Shown piece by piece: positions 50,066 through 57,317 of a stretch of 64,000 nucleotides of DNA. Below the pieces are notes generated by a model that worked only from the letters and a program-made list of their open reading frames with translations, made no database searches and was not told the DNA's origin. Position 1 is the stretch's first letter. Every line of letters starts with the position of its first letter. Source of the DNA: a virus; IMG/VR virus record IMGVR_UViG_3300049324_000053. One strand, written 5' to 3'. A program made the translations under genes and the position numbers.

Positions 50066-50358
50066 CGCGTGTCGAAGATTTCGTGTGTTCCGATGCGACG
50101 CCAGATGACATGCACCTGTCCTGGAAGCACTTCCGGCCCGTATTCGAACGTGGCGCGCCCGTTCGGTGCCCATGTCATCTCGAACACGCCGGAGACATGC
50201 ACTTTCTTCACTCGCAACCCCGGGGGGAAGGGTTCGCCTTTGGTCAGCGCCGGGACAAATAGCTCCTGAATCTTTTCGAGGAACCGGCGTTTCTGTTCGG
50301 CGGTCAGCTGCTGGTGGTCAGCAGTGAATCGGGCTGCGCGCTCAAACGTCGGCGGCAT
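50062..50358 (-). CDS. RelE/ParE-superfamily toxin
   Basis: PGLRVKKV...VFEMTWAPNGRATF...WRRIGTHEIF. Confidence 0.8.
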   Translation of the reverse strand: MPPTFERAARFTADHQQLTAEQKRRFLEKIQELFVPALTKGEPFPPGLRVKKVHVSGVFEMTWAPNGRATFEYGPEVLPGQVHVIWRRIGTHEIFDTR

Positions 50359-50650
50359 CGACGGCCAGCGACTCGGTGAACTCTTCGACGCTCATCGGCC
50401 CGGACGTGTATCCAGCGGCGATGTCGCAGCTGGCTTCGTGTTCTCCGGCCTGCCATGCCGGCGTCCAGAACCATGCCTGATCCGCCGGGATCACACGCGC
50501 CGGGATCAGCCGGACACCGTCATCGTCCTGCAGGAAGATCACCTCGTCGCCTTCGGTGAGGTGCAGCGCTTCGCGAATCGGTGCCGGCAAGGTCAGCTGA
50601 CCGCGAGCGCGCATCGTGCTGTGCGGCGTGAGGTGGGAGGTGGTGTCCAA
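50342..50650 (-). CDS. AbrB/MazE-family antitoxin
   Basis: RGQLTLPAPIREALHLTEGDEV...DQAWFWTPAWQAGEHEA. Confidence 0.9.
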   Translation of the reverse strand: MDTTSHLTPHSTMRARGQLTLPAPIREALHLTEGDEVIFLQDDDGVRLIPARVIPADQAWFWTPAWQAGEHEASCDIAAGYTSGPMSVEEFTESLAVDAADV

Positions 50651-50723
50651 CGAAGCCTCCTAGGTGCTGTACAACTTTCAGACTATCCGAGATTCGGACG
50701 GCCTGGCATCTCCCGGGGGCTCG

Positions 50724-50747
50724 GATCCCGCACGCCGGATGCCGATG
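50724..50747 (+). promoter_or_regulatory. Putative late promoter GAT-N14-GCCGATG
   Basis: Exact motif upstream of the endolysin. Confidence 0.7.
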
Positions 50748-50789
50748 TTCTTCTCGACGGGCCCCTCCGTCGCTGAGGAGCTGATCGCC

Positions 50790-51572
50790 ATGCCACGTTG
50801 CCCGTTCGCTACCTGGGAGCCGGCCACCAAGTCCCATGGTGGGACGATGACCGGTCATCTCGGTGTTGTTGCACACGTGAACGAGAGCACCGGAGACATC
50901 TACAACTGGTGCAACAACCCCGGAAACCAGGTCTCTTCGCACTTCCAGGTCATGAAGGACGGCAGCCTGCTGCAGTACGTCGACACCGACGTTGCCAGCT
51001 GGTGCCAGTCGTCCGGCAACTACTCGTACCTGTCGGTCGAGACCGAGGGATACCACACCGAAGCGTTCACCCCCGCCCAAGTCGAGACGTTCGCCCGCCT
51101 CATGGCCTGGGCCCATCAGGTCCACGAAATTCCGCTCACCCTCGCCGACGTCGTCGGACAACGCGGCCTCGGCTGGCACGGCATGGGCGGCAAAAGTTGG
51201 GGCGGGCACACCAGCTGCCCCGGCGAGCCGCGCAAAGCGCAGCGCGCCGTCATCCTGCAGCGCGCCGCGCAACTGCTGAGCCCCCCGCCGGTCACCCGCC
51301 CGTCCAGCGCCAACCAGCCGACCGTGCCCGCCCCCAGCCATCCGCCGTTCAGCGGCCGCCAGCTGTTCCAGCCCCCCGCCCTCTACGGCCTCGACGTCCA
51401 CGCGTGGCAGATGCAGATGGCCCGCCGCGGCTGGGACATTGGCACCGATGGCTGGTACGGACCCGCCAGCGAGAAGGTCGCTCGCGCGTTCCAGGCCGAA
51501 AAGCATCTGACCGTCGACGGCGTCGTGGGTGCGGCTACCTGGGATGCGGCCTGGACCGCATCGCTGAGCTGA
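50790..51572 (+). CDS. Endolysin: N-acetylmuramoyl-L-alanine amidase plus peptidoglycan-binding domain
   Basis: VVAH...SSHFQV...SVETEG...GHTSCPG; DGWYGPAS...FQAEKHLTVDGVVGAATW. Confidence 0.9.
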   Translation: MPRCPFATWEPATKSHGGTMTGHLGVVAHVNESTGDIYNWCNNPGNQVSSHFQVMKDGSLLQYVDTDVASWCQSSGNYSYLSVETEGYHTEAFTPAQVETFARLMAWAHQVHEIPLTLADVVGQRGLGWHGMGGKSWGGHTSCPGEPRKAQRAVILQRAAQLLSPPPVTRPSSANQPTVPAPSHPPFSGRQLFQPPALYGLDVHAWQMQMARRGWDIGTDGWYGPASEKVARAFQAEKHLTVDGVVGAATWDAAWTASLS

Positions 51573-52312
51573 TGGCCGTTCTCGGAGGACGCGGCGCCTG
51601 GCCGGCGTCGGGACGCGGCGGCACCTTACGCGCCGGCGCGCCCGGCCCGTACTACGAGTTGGCCGGTGACGGTATTCCACTGGTCGGCAGCCAGCCTGGA
51701 GTCAGTCCCGACCATCTGGCGGTCACGTTCGGCGTCATCGCCATTCAGAAGATGTGCAACATGAACAACTTTCGGGACGCATCCGGGCTGGCGCTGAACC
51801 CCGACGGCATCTACGGCCGGCGCACCGCCGCCGCCGTCGCCACCGCACAAAGTGCCCGCCTCGGCGGTACCGGCATCCCCTGGACCCTCGGCCGCGTCGA
51901 CGCGGCCACCGCGTTCGCCTTGTTCGAGCCGCTGTACCAGCAGATCGAAGAACGATACGGCTTGACCGATGGCATCGTCGGCGGTGGGGCACGCACCGAA
52001 TCCGGTCACGACCCGGGCGCCGTCGGCAACGCCAACGCGCACGACTACGGCCTCGTGCAGATCAACGCCGACTATCACGGTCCCGGCACGGCCAGCAACC
52101 TGGCGGTCGCGGACATGTTCAACCCGTACACCGCACTGGACTTCCTCGGCGCCTGGTACCGGCGCTCCTACGACATCTATGGTCGCTGGGACTGCACCGT
52201 CGCCAGCTGGCACAACCCTGGTCAGGCCCGAACCTGGGCACGGACCGGCAGCCCGCCGAACCCGGAGATCGCGCTGTACGCCGCCAACGTGCTCGCCGGC
52301 GGAAGAATCTAA
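51572..52312 (+). CDS. Second lysin: peptidoglycan-binding domain plus lytic transglycosylase domain
   Basis: DGIYGRRTAAAV; TESGHDPGAVG...DYGLVQIN. Confidence 0.8.
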   Translation: MAVLGGRGAWPASGRGGTLRAGAPGPYYELAGDGIPLVGSQPGVSPDHLAVTFGVIAIQKMCNMNNFRDASGLALNPDGIYGRRTAAAVATAQSARLGGTGIPWTLGRVDAATAFALFEPLYQQIEERYGLTDGIVGGGARTESGHDPGAVGNANAHDYGLVQINADYHGPGTASNLAVADMFNPYTALDFLGAWYRRSYDIYGRWDCTVASWHNPGQARTWARTGSPPNPEIALYAANVLAGGRI

Positions 52313-52313
52313 G

Positions 52314-52856
52314 ATGCTCGCGCAGCATGCCAAGGCGTTCGTTGCGGCACTTATCGCACTGAGGCACGTACCGATCGGTCAGTGGCTGAGCACGTAGGCG
52401 AGCTGCAGGACGACGCCGAGGGCCAGCACTGTCGCGCCGGTACCGGTTGCGACCAGCGTGATCCGTCCCTGCTGCATCGTCCACGGCGTCAGGCGCTTGG
52501 AGATTCGGGTTCCGGCGACGTATCCGGCCGCCAGCCCGGCGATGCTCCACGCGTTGGTGAACGTGCCGTGGGTGTTGGCGGAAACCAGCAGCAATACGAG
52601 CACGTTCAGTGCCAGCAGGCCGACCAGGGTGGGCAGGGAGGCGCGGCTGCTGTCGAGGTGCCGCCAGCGGGAGGATGCTGGCCGGGTTCGCGGGAAGGCG
52701 ACCAGCAGGTCGCCGATCAGGATGCCGAGGACGCCGCCGACGATGCCGTCGAGAAATGAACCGATCACGCCTTCAGAATAGGGCAAATAGGGCGGGCGGG
52801 CTGCGGCCGCGCTGACCTGGTTCATCGCCGAGCATGCCGTGGCGGCGAAGGTCTGA
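52314..52856 (+). pseudogene. Probable holin interrupted by an inserted gene
   Basis: MLAQHAKAFVAALIAL at 52314 and, in the same frame, AAALTWFIAEHAVAAKV* ending at 52856; the two flank a minus-strand gene. Confidence 0.45.
52379..52768 (-). CDS. Four-TM membrane protein (accessory moron)
   Basis: Four hydrophobic segments; TATTCT 6 nt before GTG. Confidence 0.7.
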   Translation of the reverse strand: MIGSFLDGIVGGVLGILIGDLLVAFPRTRPASSRWRHLDSSRASLPTLVGLLALNVLVLLLVSANTHGTFTNAWSIAGLAAGYVAGTRISKRLTPWTMQQGRITLVATGTGATVLALGVVLQLAYVLSH

Positions 52857-52888
52857 CCCTGACGCTGTTCGGCCAGTGTCCTGCCAGC

Positions 52889-53260
52889 TCAGGAGGACGA
52901 CAGATAGCGTATCGCGGCGGCGTGCAGCCGGGGATCGTCGTCGTCGGTGAAGCGTGGCCAGCTGCCCTTGCAATGCACGCACTGCCAGAGCAGCACCCCG
53001 TCGTACACCTCGGGCACCTCGTGGCCGATCAGCATGCTTTCGGGATCGGTCTCGTCGTGCGGCCAGAGGCAGGGTTTCGTGCTCGGTGTGCCGAGGTCGG
53101 GTCGGGGTCGGGGCCGCGCGGCGGGCGCGTCGGTGGGCCACCGCGTGCCGCAGTGGGTGCAGCGCCAGATCAGTGTGCCGTCGTGGACGGCGGGAGCCTC
53201 GTGGGCGATCTGCAGCCATTCGGTGTCGGACTGCGGATGCGGCCAGGGGCAAGACACCAT
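52889..53260 (-). CDS. Protein with a tandem duplicated Zn-ribbon domain
   Basis: Two copies of C-x-WPH...HE-x-P-x-V(H/Y)DG-x-L-x-W-x-CxHC. Confidence 0.75.
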   Translation of the reverse strand: MVSCPWPHPQSDTEWLQIAHEAPAVHDGTLIWRCTHCGTRWPTDAPAARPRPRPDLGTPSTKPCLWPHDETDPESMLIGHEVPEVYDGVLLWQCVHCKGSWPRFTDDDDPRLHAAAIRYLSSS

Positions 53261-53316
53261 GAGACGACCCTAGCGGGGTAAATCCGGGTTCGTACTTCCC
53301 CGCTAGAGTTGCTGCC

Positions 53317-53499
53317 GTGCCTACCGAAGACGACTACGCCGCGGCCGCCGACTGGGCCGAGTACGACATGGTGCTGGTGCCCAACTCGCGCACGGCACTG
53401 CACGGCGCTGCCGCAGCCCAGTACAGCCGGGCTCTGCTTGCACGCGCAGGTGTCGATGTGTCCGGCGTGTCTGGCTCGGATGTGGCATCGGCCACGTAG
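53317..53499 (+). CDS. Orphan antitoxin N-terminal segment lacking the RHH domain
   Basis: DYAAAADWAEYDM...TALHGAAAAQYSRALLARAG resembles the N-terminus of actinobacterial CopG antitoxins; TAGAGT 7 nt before GTG. Confidence 0.6.
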   Translation: MPTEDDYAAAADWAEYDMVLVPNSRTALHGAAAAQYSRALLARAGVDVSGVSGSDVASAT

Positions 53500-53518
53500 C
53501 GCCCTCTACGCTGCGGGC

Positions 53519-53893
53519 ATGGCACAACCCCTGGTGATTCCGGCGGACACTACCGTTGAAGAACTTGCCGACATTCTGCGCGTCCAAGGTGACCGCACCC
53601 TGCTTGTCTGCCGCGACATGGGGCACGGCTGGGTCGACCATGACGGTAAGGTTCTGGGTCGGCGACTCTATGAACGCACCATGCGCTGCACTCGTTGCGG
53701 CACCCGCCGCATCCAGCAGCTCAACCACATCGGCGAGATACTCGGCTCCTGGTACGAGTACCCCGACCACTATCTGATCAAGGGGATGGGCAGACTGACC
53801 ACCAAGCAGCGTTCCGCGTTCCGCCAGGTCACCCTGCTCGACGCGCTCGTCGAACAGGGCCTCATGGCCTCTGCGCATCCAAAGAAGGCGTGA
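53519..53893 (+). CDS. Zn-binding actinophage-type hypothetical protein
   Basis: CRDMGHGW...RCTRCGT...YEYPDHY. Confidence 0.75.
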   Translation: MAQPLVIPADTTVEELADILRVQGDRTLLVCRDMGHGWVDHDGKVLGRRLYERTMRCTRCGTRRIQQLNHIGEILGSWYEYPDHYLIKGMGRLTTKQRSAFRQVTLLDALVEQGLMASAHPKKA

Positions 53894-53895
53894 GC

Positions 53896-54453
53896 ATGGC
53901 ACGCCATGTTGTCGCCTACTGTGATCAGCATTTATTGCATGGTGAGCAGGTTGCTGCTGACCCGCGCCGGGCCTGCAAGCTGGTCGTCGGTGACGTGCAC
54001 ATCACCGTCGACCTGTGTGAGGAATGCCGCGCGAGCTTCGCCGCACCGTTACATGCGCTGGCCGGCGCGGACCGCACCCGTGAGGAACAGCAGGTCGCGG
54101 TCAAGCCGCAGGAATCTGCGCCTGAACCCGGGCGTCAGCGCGCCAGGCGGGTGTACAAGATTCAGCGCGGCCACAGCCACACCTGTGACCTGTGCGGCAC
54201 GAAGGTCGACTACATGGCGCGCTTCGTGCATGTTCGTGGCGCGCACCCGGAGCTGGCGCCGACGTTGTCGTGTCCGCACTGCGATACGACCAACTCGTCC
54301 TGCAGCGGGCTGGCCAAGCATTTGCGTGACGAACATCCGGAGCACTACGTCAGCCAGGCGCGAGCTTACGCTTTCGCGCTCGACGAGATACGCCCAAGGA
54401 CGCTGGCCGAGCATGGCCTCAAGGAACCGACCTTCACGCCGCTGCCGCGCTGA
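53896..54453 (+). CDS. Lsr2-like N-terminal domain fused to two C2H2 zinc fingers
   Basis: MARHVVAYCD...ITVDLCEEC; CDLC...HVRGAH; CPHC...HLRDEH. Confidence 0.6.
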   Translation: MARHVVAYCDQHLLHGEQVAADPRRACKLVVGDVHITVDLCEECRASFAAPLHALAGADRTREEQQVAVKPQESAPEPGRQRARRVYKIQRGHSHTCDLCGTKVDYMARFVHVRGAHPELAPTLSCPHCDTTNSSCSGLAKHLRDEHPEHYVSQARAYAFALDEIRPRTLAEHGLKEPTFTPLPR

Positions 54454-54472
54454 ACGGCTGCCGCGCTGAACG
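54441..54472 (+). repeat. 16-bp tandem direct repeat
   Basis: gctgccgcgctgaacg twice, across the stop codon. Confidence 0.8.
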
Positions 54473-54492
54473 CACCGTTGTTGAACGGTCGT

Positions 54493-54822
54493 TCAAGCGG
54501 TCCCGAGACTGTCCTTGTCAGCGGGCACCGTGTCGTTGCGGGGAGCCGTCAACGGCCGGCAGGCGAGTAGGCATGTCTCGCAGTGCGGGTCGTGGCATGT
54601 CCACAACGGGATGATCAACTGACCGATGAGCCCTGGCAGCGGCATGGGCAGGACCAGCGTCCAGCGGCACCATTCGTCCCCGCCCAGCCACGGCCACGGC
54701 CGCGACATGGAACGTGTGGTCCACGGGATCCAGCGCTTCGGTTCGTCGGGGTCGGGGACGCCGAGGTGTTCCCAGCAGGCTGGTCGGCGCAGGTCGTGTA
54801 GCGCGGTCAGCAGGTTCTTCAT
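54493..54822 (-). CDS. Hypothetical Trp/Cys-rich protein
   Basis: SD GGAGG before ATG; GGDEWCRWTLVL motif. Confidence 0.55.
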   Translation of the reverse strand: MKNLLTALHDLRRPACWEHLGVPDPDEPKRWIPWTTRSMSRPWPWLGGDEWCRWTLVLPMPLPGLIGQLIIPLWTCHDPHCETCLLACRPLTAPRNDTVPADKDSLGTA

Positions 54823-54928
54823 GCGTCCGGCCTCCGTCCGCGTTCTCGTGAGTGCATCGTATCGGTGGTTGGATTCATGCCGACCCACCGAGAACGTTGC
54901 TGATGTTTTGTGTAGAGTGTTCGTCATT

Positions 54929-55555
54929 ATGACGTCCTCTGCTGAGTACGACGCCTATATTCGCAGTCCTCAGTGGGCTGCGAAGCGTCGTCAGTTCTGG
55001 GCCTCGCATCCTCGTCGTTGCGCTGCATGTGGTTCGAACGAGCATCTGCACTGCCACCATATGACCTACGTCCGGTTCAAGGACGAGCGGATGAGCGACC
55101 TCATTGGCGTCTGCAAGTCCTGCCACGAGGCGATTCATGCTTGGCATAAGCGGTGGGGCGGCGACCTGCAAGCAGCAACACTGGCGTATGTGCGGGACTA
55201 CGCCCCCACCAAGCAGACTCCCAAGGTGAAGGCGAAGCCGCCGGCCAAGACGAAGAAGGCGGCCAAGCAGCCTGTCAAGACGCCAACCGCGGCCGGCACC
55301 GGGAAGCGCAGGAAGCGCAAGAAGCCGAACGCGTCCGAGGCGGGCAAGCCGGCCGCCGAGCGCGCCCGTGGTACCGCGGATGCGCCGCAGCGGTACCACG
55401 GGGCGCTTGACGGCCTCATCCAGGTGCAGCGGCGCCCCCTGCCCGTCAGCAACAAGGCCAAGCAGAAGGCGGCGAAGATCGCTGCCCGGGACGCCGCCTA
55501 CAGCGCGATCAGGAAGCGCCAGGAGGAGTACCTGAAGTCGATCGGTGGATCTTAG
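54929..55555 (+). CDS. HNH endonuclease with Lys/Ala-rich C-terminal tail
   Basis: YIRSPQW...CAACG...HCHHMTY...DLIGVCKSCHEAIH. Confidence 0.85.
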   Translation: MTSSAEYDAYIRSPQWAAKRRQFWASHPRRCAACGSNEHLHCHHMTYVRFKDERMSDLIGVCKSCHEAIHAWHKRWGGDLQAATLAYVRDYAPTKQTPKVKAKPPAKTKKAAKQPVKTPTAAGTGKRRKRKKPNASEAGKPAAERARGTADAPQRYHGALDGLIQVQRRPLPVSNKAKQKAAKIAARDAAYSAIRKRQEEYLKSIGGS

Positions 55556-55557
55556 CG

Positions 55558-56142
55558 TCAGATGGCTTGGCTGGCTGCGGCCAGTTCGGCTTCCAGCCGG
55601 GCGATCTCTGCTTGGGCGGCTGCCAGTTCGTCCGTCACCGTAGATGACGTTGGTTTGCTGTTGCTATCGAGGACGGCGGCGATGTCGCCGTTCGTGCGGC
55701 GGCGAGCCAGGTCAGCACGCAGCGCTGCTCGGCCCGGAGCTTTGCCCTTGTACCCCAGGCTGGGGTCAAGCCGGTAGACGTAGGCGTTCCCAACCCGTTC
55801 ACCGCGATGGATGATCCCGCGTTTGATCAGGCGCGACAGGGCTCGGGATGTCGCCTCACGCGTCACCGACATGGTCTTGGCCATGTCGGTGACGTTGATA
55901 TAGAGGTAATTGTCCCAATGCAGTTCTGCTATCAGCTTGAAGACGAGGCGCATCTCCAGCGACGTCACGGTCTGGTCGGCGGCAAGCTCTCGAAGGACCC
56001 GCTGTGATACCAGCATAAATCCCCCTTCCGGCTCGTGCCGTATCGAAGCGAACAATTGGGGCACCGCATACTCGCGGTGCAGGATCTCGCCTGTCGCGTC
56101 GTCCACGATTTTAATGTTCCGCCTCGGCGTAGTCGAATCCAC
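55558..56142 (-). CDS. RepL-like plasmid replication/winged-helix protein
   Basis: VDDATGEI...WDNYLYINVTDMAKTM...SRALSRLIKRGII...YRLDPSLGYKG. Confidence 0.75.
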   Translation of the reverse strand: MDSTTPRRNIKIVDDATGEILHREYAVPQLFASIRHEPEGGFMLVSQRVLRELAADQTVTSLEMRLVFKLIAELHWDNYLYINVTDMAKTMSVTREATSRALSRLIKRGIIHRGERVGNAYVYRLDPSLGYKGKAPGRAALRADLARRRTNGDIAAVLDSNSKPTSSTVTDELAAAQAEIARLEAELAAASQAI

Positions 56143-56641
56143 GTGATGAGTGTGACATGCTCCATCATGAGGTGTGAATCTGGGGTTCACACCCGAACCG
56201 GTAAACACCCAGCTCAGGGGGTCGCCTTCTTCCTCTTAAGAGGTAACCGAGCTGGCAGGTGCGTCGCGTTGCGTGCTTGCAACGCTATCCGAGCGGCTCG
56301 CGGGGCCGGGGCGGGAAGCACCATGCCGGCGACCTGGCCGGTTCTTCTGATCTTGTCTTGGACCCCTGGTGAGCCGACATGGCCCACCCTCGAACCTCAA
56401 ACCCAAGGGCGCCGCAAGGGCAGCGGTGCCGCCGCCGGCGCGCGGCGCTGTCTGGTCCGGGTGAGCCCGGCGGGAGTCCGCCACGCGGGTGTTCGGTCCG
56501 CGGGGTTCGGGGGGCGCGGTTGCCCCCCGTTCACGCGGCCGCAGCCTGCGCCATGAACCGCTGGTGAGCGGACGCCGGCAAGAAGATGGGCCTCGGCTGC
56601 GCCGAGTCCTTGTGGGAGTCCGACGTCGTATCCTGCAGCTC

Positions 56642-57172
56642 ATGACGGACAACGCCGCCGACCTGATCGCACGTGCGCTCTGGATGGCCGGTCTGACCGC
56701 CGCGCAGCTGGCCAGCCGGCTGGACATGCCGCAGTCGTTGCTCGACCAGCATCTTGACGGGCAGGTGCAGCCGACCCTGCGGCAGCTGGAGCACATCCTG
56801 GCCGTCGCCGGCCTGGAACCGGACATCGAGCTGCGCCCCCTTGGCACCCGCCAGGGCCAGAAGCTGTTGCAGGTGCTGGCGGTCACGGAGCTGCTGCCGC
56901 ACGGGGAGCCGGGCCCGTTGCTGTTCCCGCCGTTTCGGACGTTCCTGCGCCGCGCTGATGACGAGGTTGCGTCCAGGCGAGACGATCAAGAGGTCGTCGA
57001 CGTCTTCCGTGCTGCGCAGAGGGATTGGCCTGAGCACTTGAGGGACGACGCCCCGGTGCAGGCTTGTTCTGGATGCGGACGAAAGACCTGGACGTCTACC
57101 CGCTTCGGCCGGCCATGCGCGATGACGCAACCGGACGGAACACGTTGTCCCGGCGTGTTCGTGTCGGCGTAG
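56642..57172 (+). CDS. XRE HTH protein (antitoxin-like) fused to a C-terminal Zn ribbon
   Basis: AGLTAAQLASRLDMPQS...QPTLRQLEHILAVAG; LLQVLAVTELLP...GPLLFPPF; CSGC...C...C; TATCCT 7 nt before ATG. Confidence 0.75.
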   Translation: MTDNAADLIARALWMAGLTAAQLASRLDMPQSLLDQHLDGQVQPTLRQLEHILAVAGLEPDIELRPLGTRQGQKLLQVLAVTELLPHGEPGPLLFPPFRTFLRRADDEVASRRDDQEVVDVFRAAQRDWPEHLRDDAPVQACSGCGRKTWTSTRFGRPCAMTQPDGTRCPGVFVSA

Positions 57173-57317
57173 GGAGGAGCCTGCAGCGTGCCGGTTCTGT
57201 CGGACCTGTGCGTTACGGTCAGGCCAAGATGGGGCGTACGGCGCGTAACTTGACGATCCGGACGTAGCGCAGCGTATTGTCAGCGTGCCCCAGTGTGACG
57301 GCACCGAGGATACCCCT

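Noticed and set aside
57250-57280. TTGACG-N19-TATTGT promoter for the replication operon
   Set aside because: Plausible, but the 19-nt spacer is atypical and there is no other support
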